Of a DNA stretch of 64,000 nucleotides, positions 48,969 to 61,300 are shown one piece after another. The position numbers were made by a program, and so were the translations under genes. The notes beneath the pieces are model-generated. The model ran no database searches, was not told the origin of the DNA, and saw nothing but the letters and a program-made list of their open reading frames with translations. The stretch is from Lepidodermella squamata (taxonomy: Eukaryota > Animalia > Gastrotricha). Where the stretch lies: positions 2,790,001 to 2,854,000 of the forward strand of contig JBLDXI010000003.1 in assembly GCA_047495785.1 (NCBI GenBank), in the 5' to 3' direction. Position 1 is the stretch's first letter. Every line of letters begins with the position of its first letter.

Positions 48969-51650
48969 TCAAAATTTGACAATTGACATGCAGTAAGCAT
49001 GTATACCAATGTAGAAGCCAAGGGATACAAAAAACATCAAAATGTCTATCAACCGCACGAGGGTGATTTTGCGCTTTCCAAACGAGCGTTGCGATGTACT
49101 GGCCACGAAACATGCGAACAAATGATACGCTGTAATAAAAGCCGCGTAAAAAGTCGTCGCTTTAATATAGTCGCCCAAGAGTATACGGCTTTTAGTTTTC
49201 GGTAGTTGGGCCAGGACATCAGATTGGGCGACGGTGAGAGCTAGCATTGTAGTTATAGCAAAACCCGGACGATCTGGTACGTCCGGTGGCAAGAAGAAAG
49301 TAGCCAAATCCAAAAAAGATAGCAAAGCACTGGGCAAAGCCAAGTTGATTAGGTAGTAGTCAGGGATTCTTCGCAAAACAACCCCGAACTCTACGATGTG
49401 TATCGGCTGGCCGACAAACATTCGGGTATCGAGGGTCACATTAGATGAAACCCATTCCCATTCCGTTGTCAGGCGGTCAAGCCAATTGATGAGAAAAGTG
49501 TTGGTATCGAATTGGAGAACTTTCATTGGCCTTGTGAGTTCGAAAGTGAAATAGCAACGCTGCTCATCAAAAGGAAAATAGCATAAATTAAGGTCACAAA
49601 CAGATCGGAAATTTCCTTCGGTGACTAAGAAGAAGTCGAAAATTTGGCTCTCGCCCAGCGGCGTATTGAGAACGGTAAGGTCTCTTCCGAATGAATCATC
49701 AGCCATATAAGGATTACTAGCGGCACCGCTGGTGAAGCGCAACTTCGGAGCCCAGACCGTTTCCGGCGATGCCACATACAACGTCTCAGGCCTTTTAGTG
49801 AGTTCTGTGGTGCTATTCAAAGGGCAGGTCGTCACGTTCCATTTCAGAAGAATCAAGCCATAAACATCAATCACCTGGTTTACGTTATCAATTCCATTCA
49901 TTCGGCTAACTTCGAACGCGACGGTAATGTGAGTTGCTCTCCCATTATTGGGCGGGACAGATCGGTCCGCAGAGAAATCATCACATTCTTTCATGGCGCT
50001 CTCTATCGGGGTCGGATCTGTCGAAGGTTCGGGCAGAACAGGTACAAAACTTGAGACCAGGCTTCTTGGAACAGACGGAGGCGGCGTTGCTGTTGTCGTA
50101 AGTTTTACTGTCGGGGTTACGGTACGTTCAGCAGAACTAATCTTGTTCGTTATTGTAATAGGAATCGCAGTTGAAGATGTTGTCGAAGTTTCCGGCGACG
50201 TTGAAGTCGAGATCGTAATAGTCGAAGTGCTAGTTGCCGGGAATGTCCAATATTCGCAAGTTCCCGGAAGTTGCTTTATCTCATCTGTAGACAGCACAGC
50301 GCCGTATTGGAAAAAGCATGCCATTGCATCAAATTCGAAACCCGTATAAGCGATCGTGCCGTCGTTGCCTTGAAATAGGGCAATAATAGCGCTTGTGTCG
50401 ACCGCAAGCTGCGTTGTTAGCTTTGTTGAAGCCACCAAATCAGCATTTTCCCCTGTATATAGTCTCAGAATCAACGTATCTGGATCGTACGAAACGGCGA
50501 AGAAGACCCACTTCGTCACTGAAATATTAGAAATTGACGCTAATGCCCCATTTTTATTAGCAATTATCAACGAGGCGGGGTGCTGAAAATGCGCAGATAA
50601 TCTTGAACCTATCGCGGCGTCCCAATATACGAAGATACCACGCGCAGGCTGATCAGGCATATTAGCAAGATTTACATAAAGAGCGACAGTAATGCTTGCC
50701 GTGAATTTCGGAACAACGTTGCACAGGCGATCCTTGATAACTCGCGCCGATGAATTCGCCTTATCGAAGGGGCCCAATTTCGATGTGTCAATTACCCCTA
50801 TACTATCCAGTTTTCCCACATCTCTGACGACCATTGCATTGCTACCAGATACATCATTCAGGTACGAGGAATCATCCATAGGTATGAAGACTTGTAGACT
50901 ATCGGGCTTTGGCCAGCTTTGCGAGGCCTGAACCGAGGTTTTTGCCTCCCAGTTCTTGCATACCGCGGATAGCTGTTGCAGCTCCTCAGCTTGAAGCATT
51001 TCATTGTAATGCATGACGCAGGCCATTCCATCAGAATCTAGCATGAATGTCGTATCAGCAGATCTGCCCACGTCAACTAAAGTCGTCTGTGACAACTTGA
51101 TCTCCGTGCTAGATGTTAACGGTTGGACTAGTGTTGGATTTTCCCCAGTGTACACCTTCAATGTCGTCCCGAGCAAAGTTATCATAACAAAATTCCATTG
51201 CCCTGCAGTAATAGCATTGGCAACCTCCCCTATAGCCTGGGTTCCGACTCGGAATTCGAGGGAGCCCGGGTGCTTGTAAACTACAGAGAATAAATTGCCC
51301 GCGTCACTCTTGTAGGCGAATAATCCTCGATTTACACCCGCCTGGGCGTCTGGGTAGAAGCAGAATGCAAGCGTCATGTCGCTATTGAGTGTAGCTTTGA
51401 CACTGCCGATCAAGCCATTTTTCGGGCGATAGGATGTTTTAGGTTGGCTGAATGGCCCAGCGAATGCCGTTTGAACTTCCCCGTAGACATTTTTCGCATC
51501 CCCACCCCCAAGTACAATCTTGCCCCTCGCAACGTCTCTAACACCGGCTACTTCATCAAGTGGCAGTAGGAACTCTATATCAGCTTGCCTTGGTAAAAAG
51601 CAAAAACTTGATCCAAGAAATGCTGAGAGGCACGTTAGGAAAACTCTCAT
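48969..51650 (-). CDS. LamG-LamG-mucin stalk-Cys-loop channel, copy G (intact, 893 aa)
   Basis: Signal peptide, two LamG-like repeats, stalk, Cys-loop CDLNLCYFPFDEQRC, M2 PDRPGFAITTMLALTV, four TM helices. Closest paralog is F. Confidence 0.9.
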   Translation of the reverse strand: MRVFLTCLSAFLGSSFCFLPRQADIEFLLPLDEVAGVRDVARGKIVLGGGDAKNVYGEVQTAFAGPFSQPKTSYRPKNGLIGSVKATLNSDMTLAFCFYPDAQAGVNRGLFAYKSDAGNLFSVVYKHPGSLEFRVGTQAIGEVANAITAGQWNFVMITLLGTTLKVYTGENPTLVQPLTSSTEIKLSQTTLVDVGRSADTTFMLDSDGMACVMHYNEMLQAEELQQLSAVCKNWEAKTSVQASQSWPKPDSLQVFIPMDDSSYLNDVSGSNAMVVRDVGKLDSIGVIDTSKLGPFDKANSSARVIKDRLCNVVPKFTASITVALYVNLANMPDQPARGIFVYWDAAIGSRLSAHFQHPASLIIANKNGALASISNISVTKWVFFAVSYDPDTLILRLYTGENADLVASTKLTTQLAVDTSAIIALFQGNDGTIAYTGFEFDAMACFFQYGAVLSTDEIKQLPGTCEYWTFPATSTSTITISTSTSPETSTTSSTAIPITITNKISSAERTVTPTVKLTTTATPPPSVPRSLVSSFVPVLPEPSTDPTPIESAMKECDDFSADRSVPPNNGRATHITVAFEVSRMNGIDNVNQVIDVYGLILLKWNVTTCPLNSTTELTKRPETLYVASPETVWAPKLRFTSGAASNPYMADDSFGRDLTVLNTPLGESQIFDFFLVTEGNFRSVCDLNLCYFPFDEQRCYFTFELTRPMKVLQFDTNTFLINWLDRLTTEWEWVSSNVTLDTRMFVGQPIHIVEFGVVLRRIPDYYLINLALPSALLSFLDLATFFLPPDVPDRPGFAITTMLALTVAQSDVLAQLPKTKSRILLGDYIKATTFYAAFITAYHLFACFVASTSQRSFGKRKITLVRLIDILMFFVSLGFYIGIHAYCMSIVKF

Positions 51651-52318
51651 CGCATTTTTTCGATATTTCGCTGCTTTGGCTGATGTTCAAAATGTTAACA
51701 TTTTTCAATTCTCCGTTCACATATTAATCGGATGTTTGAAGTGGAGGTTATGGCAATAATGCCAGTTTTTTCAGGCAGAAATATTTCGATAATTAAAGAT
51801 CAACACAGCGTCAGGTTATTTGCTCGAAAAATGCTGACGCTTCACCCTGAACTCTCATCTTTTGAGAAGCTTTCGTTTATTTTTTCATCGTTATTAATAA
51901 TCAACCCTGAATAAACAGCTCTTGTTGAGATTTAACATTCCGCCATGATAAGCAGCAAGGACGGCCACTAGAAATATTCATCAGAAGCGGGGAAGGATGC
52001 AGCTTGTGGAGTTCAGAAAATAAAAAAATGTTGGCATCTGTTATAGAAAGAACTGAAGGTCGCCGAATGAAGATGCACTCAATTAATAAATTCATAGAGA
52101 AGTAGTTTAAATAACTAGTAATTGAGCGCGTATTCATATAATGGTCTCAATCACAGAATTTCCCGCTCATTTTGTACATTCTTCACAGGTTAGGAAAGAA
52201 AAGGTAGTAACGGAGAAAAAGATTGCAACAAATCAATGATTAATTATTTTAAAATTAGTAAAAAATAGGCGATTTTCGATATGTGCAACAAAAATAATCT
52301 TGTTTTAGAAAAATATCG

Positions 52319-55300
52319 TTAATTGAATGTAGTTCCGGAGCATAGGAAATCAGCGAATGATTTGTCATGTGCTAGCGATTCGACGCTAAGATCTTGCGTG
52401 GACGAGACGAATTTGAAGTAGGATGAATCCGAAGCGATCTCCTCTCGCAAAACAGTCTGTTGAGCTTGACCGCTAAGCGCTGGCCCTAGAGCCAAAGCAA
52501 ACACTCTAGCATTCCAAGGTTCAGCTTTAAGAGCCTCCACTTCAGCGTTGGCCTCGATTAAAGATCCGCCTCGTCGCGCTGTAGTTAGATATACGATTCT
52601 ATTGTTGTTACTGAATGGCAGGCGAGGTAGGACTGTGTTCCGAGCAGTTTGGAACAGTTTTGTCAGGTCATCTTTGAAAGCCTATGAAATATGGTCACCT
52701 TAAAAACAAACTGATCAAAAGGAAAACAAACGCACGTGTTTGAACTGGGCAATGTTCTTTTGAACCCAGACTCGCCAGGCTTGGCTATGGTAAGGCTGAT
52801 CGGCTGAGACATTCATGGCCGTCCAAATGTACTCACGATGAGCCATTCCAGTCATAGTCACGCCACCCAAGCCCAATTGCGCTTGAACATTAGGTCTAGG
52901 GGAGCTGCCTATTTCGCCGATCAGCGACTGCCATCTGAGTGGGAAACGATCGAGGAAAGCGACGACATTCGGTAGGTCAGCCTCTCGCGAAAAGCCTTCA
53001 ACCTCATTGACATCGAAAACGAAGATCAAATTAATTCCCGGAGGGCATTGCATTGTCTGGCCTTTGACGCATCGGGGTAGGGTGCTCCATTCACTGTTGG
53101 CCATACATCTAACGCCGGGGTAAGTCGTTGGCTGAAGACCGTTGCTGCATTGATACCAGATCAAATCACCAACAATGCTGGCCTCGCCACTTGGAACTGT
53201 CGTGAAGGAAATGTTAGCATTAGCAACTGTTGGTAGGGGTCCACAAGTAGGTCCACTGGTATCTCGAGCAACACAGCTTGGGATATCGGACCATTCGTTA
53301 GTTTGAAGGCATTCAACCCGCGATGAACCCTGCATGACATAAGGCTGGTTACAGCTCACTGTTGCGTAACTTCCAATACGGCTGAGTGACCCGGCGAAGT
53401 TCCGTTCCAAAACCCGTGAGTTCGGAATTTCAGGCAAAGCCCCACAGCCGATAGCGTCGAGAGCTGGGTCACATCTCGGAAGGGCAGACCATTTTCCAGA
53501 TAATTGGCAGGTTACCCGTGACGGACCAATCAGCCGATACCCGTTCGAGCATGAATACACGACACTGGTTCCAGGCACTGTTGGTGTTTTGTAAGGTTGG
53601 GTGATGTAACCCTGCTGCACAGTCGGAGCAGTTCCGCAGGTCGCAGCAGCTTTTTGGCAGGTTGGCGCAGTTGTCCATGTTGCATTTACCGTGCAAGTTG
53701 ACGTACTATCCGCCGAGAGAAGGACGTAACCCGAGTCGCAGGTGTACATTACGTAATCACCCGCTTTAGGCTCGCTGATCTGGCGGTCGTAGGTTGCCAT
53801 GGAAACGCGTCCGTTTTTCACAATGGGCGGGAACGAGCAATGGTGGCCGCTCAAAGACAACGAATTAGCCCCGATGACTTCAACACAGTTCGGAGCTTCA
53901 GTCCAAGTCCCGGCTACAGTGCAGGTTACTTCGTCATGGTCACCCTGGATCTTCAACCCTGTATGGCAGCGGTATCGGACATAGTCACCAGGAACCGGCC
54001 TGGTTCCAGCTGGGAATGACTGGTAGTAGATTGATGCCGTAAACAAGCTGGGCGGGTTCTCGCAGTTACCAGAGGAGACCTCGCAAAGAGGTACCTCGGA
54101 CCATTGCCCATCTTCCTGGCAACTAACCACCTCACTACCGCTAGTCATTCGATAGCCGACGAGGCAAGAGAACCAAATGACGTCACCTACTGAGGCCTTG
54201 CTCTGGAAACTCTTGTAAACCAACCTCGCTTGAGGTACAGCAGGAACTGCCCCGCAAGTAACGGCTTTCTTAACGCATTGAGGTAAGGTACTCCAGTTTC
54301 CTTCGTTGCTACATTGTATGTAGTAGGTGCTAGTCGCTAACTCATAGCCAGGTAGACATGCGTAGAACACCTTGTCAGTCACCCTACCAACGGCACTGTT
54401 AAACGTCCGGCTCACAACTCGAGCATTCTCGACCAAAGGCGCTAAGCCGCATTGTTTGACTGGAGCACAAGTTGGTAGATCGGTCCAGTTGCCGAACATG
54501 TTGCATTGAATGAAATTCGCCCGTGTGGTGACGCGCCAACCATCGTCACAATCATACATGACCACACTGCCATATGTGATTGGGGCGTTTTCAGCATTTC
54601 CGTAGCTTTTGTAAACAATTGTAGCATGTTCGACGTTCGGAGGCTTGCCACACCCTTCAGTTGCGAGACTGTTACGATAGATTGCGACGCATTGCGGCGA
54701 GGCAGTCCATCCTCCATTTGTTCGACAGGTTACGGTTGAGGTTGAGGATGACGAAAGCATGTAACCATCATTACACCGATAGACAACCCGACTACCAGCT
54801 CTAGAGTTGGCTCCGATGAAATCAGACTGATGAATGATCGCATTTTGGACATCCGGAGCAGCTCCACACGAAACTCCGTTGTTGTTGTTGTTCGGCTGGT
54901 TGTTATTATTGTTATTAAGGCGGAGGCAGCGGGGTACATTTGACCACCCTGATGTGGTGCAGCGAATATCTGCAGCTCCGCTAAGGACGTAGCCACTTGA
55001 ACAGGAGTAAGTAACTCGATCTCCTTCTCCAGCGTTGCTACCGACAAACGACTTATCGACTACAACGGCGTTACTTATCAAAGGAGCATCGCCACATGAG
55101 ACCCTTGGGCGGGGTTGAACTCGGGAGACACAAGACGGGACTCGGGACCAAGTTCCATCCGATTGACAGGTGACCCGTTTCGACCCAGACAGATCGCTAT
55201 TTGGGTCGGAACAGGTGAATTCGATCCAATCACCTGGTTGGCTGTTTCTGGACCCACTAGCCCCGTTTTGGCGCCAAGAGACAGTGGCACCAGCTACCTG

Positions 55301-58300
55301 AGGTGCCCCGCCACAGGTTACAGAGTTCAAAGGCTCGCCTTGATCATCAACCCGCAGACATTGAGGTGGAGCTGACCATGCTCCAGTTGGTAGGCAGAGA
55401 ATCACATCGTCTCCGAACCGGAGGAAACCCGGGTTGCAAGAGATTGATATGAAATCTCCGACCTTGGCAGCTCGCCCGGAAAATGTTCGCATAACCTCGT
55501 AACCATTATTCAGTCTAGGCGGTTCTCCGTAACAGAAAGTTGTTGACGGAGCCTCGCAAACCGGCGCCTGGGTCCATTCCCCATTCGACTGGCAATAGGC
55601 CTTATCCTCACCCCGAGTATCATACCCAGTCTGGCATTGGTAGTGAACGACAGAGTTCGCCACCGATTGATCCCCGGTGAAGTTCGAGTAAACAATGACT
55701 GAATTTTGAACAGAAGGCGGGGGTCCGCAGGATGTGACGCAATTTGGCGGCGAAGACCATCTCAAGTTATTCCCATTCCTTTCGCAAGTTACTACACCAT
55801 TGCCCCTAGCAAATGCATAGCCTCGATTGCATGAATAAGAGGCAGTATCCCCTTGGCTGGAGCTCTGGATGTTTGAAGAGGATAACCGAGCATTTGCGAC
55901 ATTGGGTGGAGCGCCGCATGTTTCGGCAGCTACAGGTCTCTGTTGCTGGCCACCTGTGCAAATCAACTGAACAGCCCAATCTCCGGTCGATAGGCATACG
56001 ACCTTGTTCCGGCCGAGTAAGGAGAAACCAGGTTGGCATTCGTATATCACGTAATCACCCACTTGGATTCTACCACTCGGGCCACCTGCAAAAGACCTTG
56101 AAGCCTCCCTAGCGTTTGTGATATCTGGCGGGCTGGGGCAGGTAGGAGTAGCCGGGGTTGCGCAGTTTGGGACCATCGACCACTGGCCGTCACTTCCGCA
56201 AACGACCTCAGCCCGACCTTGAAGAGCGAGCCCTGAGGTGCATTCATAACGGACTACTGTATTAGGGGTTGCGTCTTCATTAGCTGAGGCGTTTGAAAAC
56301 GCTACCCTAGCCCCGGATATGATGGGCGGAGGGCCGCAGGTTACGGCGAATTGGCAGGTTGGAACGTTGATCCAAAGCAGGGTTCGAGGGTCGCATGTCC
56401 CCATAGATTGGCCAACCATCTGATAGCCGCGGTCACAGGCATAGGTAGCTGTGTCTCCGATCACACTCCGAAGGGCTGGGTAGTAACTGGTTGTCAGGAT
56501 TTGGCCGTTAATTACAACCGGCGGATCACCACAGCTTGGTTTTACTGAAAAATCGATTTGTTAAAATGCAAATATTGAAATACTCATATTACTTGAGCAG
56601 GATGGCACTCCAATCCAGAGAAGGCTCTTAGTATCGCAGACTGCCGTAGTATTGCCAGATAAACGGTAGTTCGAGTTGCAGGTATAGGTCGCCCGATCCC
56701 CCGGTGAGCTTGTACCAGTAAAACTTGTTGTGTTAACAACTCCGTTTTGAATTTTCGGAGGATCGCCGCAGGTTCGGACTTCGCATTTCGGCAATGCACT
56801 CCACTGGCCGTTAGTGCAGGTGACAGTCGCCTGGCCGACGGTCATAAAGGTTCCACCCGTGCAGGAATAGCGAACTGTCGACCCGGTGACACTCTTATCG
56901 TTCGAAAAGCTTTGGAAACTGACATTTGCGTACATCACAGCGGGTGGGAATCCGCAGGACATGACGCAGTTGGGTAGAGATGACCAGCGTAGAGGGTTCC
57001 CGTCGCACGTGATAACACTCTGGCCGGTTAGGACGAAGCCGGAGTTACAGCCGTAAGATACGCTATCACCTTTTCGAGGCTTGCTATTATCGGCGTAATT
57101 GATAGCATGCGTGTAACCGTTGGTAACAGTTGGAGCATCAGGACAAGAAGGTTCGATAACTAGAAAACAAACACAAGTTTCCTCAGATTTCATAAAAGAA
57201 TCAAATAATTCAATTTAAAAATTTAAAAATTTAAAAATTTGAAATTCCAATTTCAATTTGAAATTTTGAAATCCAAGAAGTTCGAATTTTTAATTTTTAA
57301 TTTTGAAACTGAAATTGAAATTGAATTTTTTTTTTAATTTTTGAAAACTGATTCTTACATTTGCAAGTTGGCAAATCAGACCATGCCAAGGGGTCTCCAG
57401 CGCAAACCACCTGTGCCGAGCCCTGAAGTTGGTAGCCACTATTGCAGGCATAGCTGACCGAATCGAGAAACCCGGCTTTCTGCGTCGTCCCACTCACAAT
57501 GTTAGTTCGAACAGTCTGCGCGTTCTGAATACGAGGAACCGGGCCGCAAGTCGGATTTTCAACGCATTGGGGCGTTTGCGTCCACTGTTGGGTGCTGCCT
57601 TCACATTGAATCGATTCGTCACCACTGAGCGAATAGCCAGTGTTGCAGTCATAGGACACCATATCGCCTGGCTGGCTGGTTTTATTCGGGAAAGTTGTCC
57701 CGCTAATTTTGCCATTTTGAACTTGAGGCGGTGCTCCACAGGTCAAATTTTCTAAACAAATTTACTAAAATCCTAAAGTTCAAAATTAAGATAAATCCTT
57801 ACGACATATTGGTGAGGTTGACCAGCTTCCAGTTGAAAGGCAAGAAACCATATCCGGACCTTTAATTCCGAACCCAGTCGAGCAGATGTAGTGAGCAGTC
57901 GACCCGATAACACTGGCCGTATCGGTGAAATTCAGCCAATCGATAATTGCATTCGGAATTTTCGGCGGCGCCCCGCACGTGACCACACATTCCGGCATAG
58001 TCTCCCAGTTCAAAGTTTGAGGATCGCAATGAACAGCCGGCGATCCGATTAGGGTGTAACCACGGTTGCAAGTATAGGCTAGGACATCGCCGACTTGGCT
58101 TGAACCACCTCGGGCGAAGCTTTGCGACGCCAAAGCGCCGTTATCAAGTCGAGGAGCTGGGCCGCAGCTTGGGGGTGGCCCGCAGGTGGGTGCTGAGGGT
58201 GCCCATTGGCCGTTGTCGCCGCAGATTTGAATCGCGAAGCCTTGCATTTGTTGGCTATCGACGCAGGTGTAACGAATAATCGACCCAGCAATCGATGCAT

Positions 58301-61300
58301 TTCCGGTGAAATTGCGCCAGGCAATATTGGCAGAAGCAGCCTCAGGAGGTCCGCCACAGGATTCTAAGTACAAAAATTTAATTGCAAAATATAAATTTTA
58401 ATTTTAAATTAAAACTTTTTTATTTCAATTTTGTATGTAATTAAACTTAAAATTTTTGAGCGATCAAAAAATTTTTATTTTCCTTTTAAAAGATTCAAAA
58501 ATTAAAATTAAAAAATTTCAATATTCTCAAATTTTAATTAAATTTCGCTCTATTTTTCATGCAAATTTATCAACTTACGTAAGCATGTAGGGGTCGGTGA
58601 CCAGTTCAGGGTTCGATCGCAGTAGACCTGGCTGTTTCCGGTGATTACGTAATTAGGGTCACACGCGTACGTTGCCATGTCGCTTTGTGCGCTAGCCCGG
58701 CCCGAGAATGTGCTCGCTACAATTTTCGCATTCGGTACCACCGGAGCATCGCCACACGTGTTTGTGATACAGAGCGGGGGCGTAGTCCATCGGCCTTGAC
58801 TCGTACAGGTGACTTCACAAATTCAACAAATTCTTTTATATATTTTTTCTAGAACACTTTTGACTTACTAAGATTTGATCCTCTCAGCATGAAGGTATCG
58901 CTATTACAGGCATAGGTAACAGTGCTAGCGGGCAGTAATTTGTTCCCACTCGAGTAATTCGTCGCGATAATTTTGCCATTCGAAACGCTTGGTGGCTGTG
59001 GACACATAACTGCAAGAAAATAACATTGAAAGAAATTCAAATAAATTCCAAAAAAAATCAATAATTTACTTATGCAAATTGGCAGGGCTCCCCATAGCAG
59101 ATTTTGGTCACAGGTGATGGTAGGGCTGCCAGAGAACATCGTGTAGCCGGAATTACAGGCGTAGGTGATCGAATCGCCCGGGCGACCTTGAAGGCTCGAC
59201 GCAAATGAAGTCGACATGATGCGGCCATTCAACAGCTGAGGCATGTTTCCACAAGTTTGCAGCACTAGAAAAATTATAATGAAAATTCAATTCCATTCCT
59301 TCAACTTAAATTCAATGGCGAATAAAAATGTCTTTAAAATATTATTTTCCAAATTTTCAAAAAATATAAATTTTTTCAATTTCTTCGATTATAATTTGGA
59401 AATTTTGAAAATTTTGAAGATTTTGAAAATTATCAAATTTGAAATTTTGAAAATCCAGGTAAAAATGTGTGTAAATTAAATTTCAATTTTTCGAAAATAA
59501 TCGAAGATTCGTTAAATTTCAACTCTGCATTTCTCCACATTTTCAATTTGATTTTTATCATTCAAGAAAATTATTTCGGCTCACGATTGCAGATCGGAAG
59601 TGGCTTGAAAGTGAGCGTCGCATTTTCGCAATACGCCCTAGTTTGACCCGAAATGACGTAGCCCTCATCACAGGCATAGGTTACTGAGTCACCAGGCGAC
59701 GGTGTCCCATCATCGCCATAACTGCGATCCGTAATTCGCCCATTCGCCAACATAGGCGGGTCGTTGCAAACAAGAGGCCGAACAACGATGGCGATGCACT
59801 GCGGGACAAATGTCCAACTGCCGTCGCTTTGGCATGTGCTTTTCGCGTTGCCTTGCATCGTGTAGCCGGAGTTACAGGTGTAGGTCACGCAGTCGCCCGG
59901 GAGAGGGTTGACTGAGGTGTAGCTCTTGCTAGCAACAATTCCATTCGCAACTTGAGGTGGCTGGCCGCAACTTGCATCTGATGAACAAAATTAAATTTTC
60001 AAAAATATTTCAAAAAAATTAAAATTACCGCAAACAGGTCCTGACGACCAGCGGCCATTGCTCCCACAAACGACGTAATTGTCGTAACCCTGCCGTAAGG
60101 TGTAGCCAATGTTACACTGAAACCTAACCGTGGAGCCGGCAATACTGTTTGAGCCCGTAAAATTCTGCTGGACGACAGCTGCGTTCGCGAAATAAGGCGG
60201 AAACCCGCATCCGGATTCTGAAAAGAAATTCGGAATTTTTTCAAAATTCATCAATCAGCCATGAAATTACGTTGGCATATCGGCATAGAAGTCCATCGAT
60301 TGCTGCTTGGATCGCAAGTGACTACCGAGCTTCCACTCAGGGCATAACCGGAGTTACAATCGTAAGATAGAGTATCACCCGAAGAGCTGGCTGATCCCCT
60401 CGGGAAACTTTGGGTCAAAACGCGACCATTCGGCAAATTCGGTGCGGGTCCACAAGTTTTCGGAACACCTTACAAAAGCCGCCAGAATATGATAAAAAAA
60501 TGAATTAAGGTGGATTTGAAAAATTACTGATGCAAGTTGGTAAAACGGTCCATTGAGTTGCGATTGCGTCACATGTGATTGTTGCGGAGCCGCTCAGGGT
60601 GAACCCGTCATTGCAGGCGTAGGTCACAGTGTCCCCTTTTTGACTGGAGCGGCCAGAAAAACTCTGGCGCAAAACGCGACCGTTTGCAAGGGTTGGCGCA
60701 TTTCCGCAAGATTTTGACGTTTCTGTAAAATTAATACGAAAATTATTGAAAATTCAACCTTAAAAAATATTCTACTCTATAAACTACAATGAAATGACCT
60801 AAAAAGGTTCTAATAAATTTAAAGTTCATCGTTATAGCAGTATGTCTCGCAGGGAACGCAAACCGATGAGTGAAAAAACGGATCAGAAAGTCTCGATTTG
60901 AAATTTCAAGAAAATTTAAATTGAAAATAAAACTTTTCACCCGGTTTCACGCGGCCTTATCAGAAAATTCGGTGATTTTCAATTTTTCCGGAGAAATTGT
61001 GGAAAACTGAAACGCTATTCGAACCATTAATTTTGAAATTTTTGAAAATGAAATAAAAATAATTGTGCAAGTCACGGGACACACTGTGCGTGAGAACTCG
61101 ATTATCTAGGTCAACTACGACATGTTTACGAGTTCACAAATTTTTCAAAACAAATTGACGACGATGTTTTTACTAGATTAGGAAATCACACGATTTAAGA
61201 CAAGTTACCTTCATCTGTACAATTCGCTATAATAAATATAATTTTTTGAAAATTTTTAGAAAATCACGCATTTTTATGACCCTTTGAAATTGAATTTATT

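Noticed and set aside
18300-51279. Many plus-strand ORFs rich in Val/Asp/Gly overlapping the channel genes (e.g. 18696, 29693, 36895, 39991, 49948)
   Set aside because: They are antisense shadows of the Thr/Ser-rich and conserved coding sequence, and recur only because the sense genes are paralogous.
17339-51650. Annotating the channel genes as nicotinic acetylcholine receptor subunits with gene symbols
   Set aside because: They lack the vicinal cysteines, the loop B Trp and the intracellular domain. Orthology cannot be assigned without a phylogeny.
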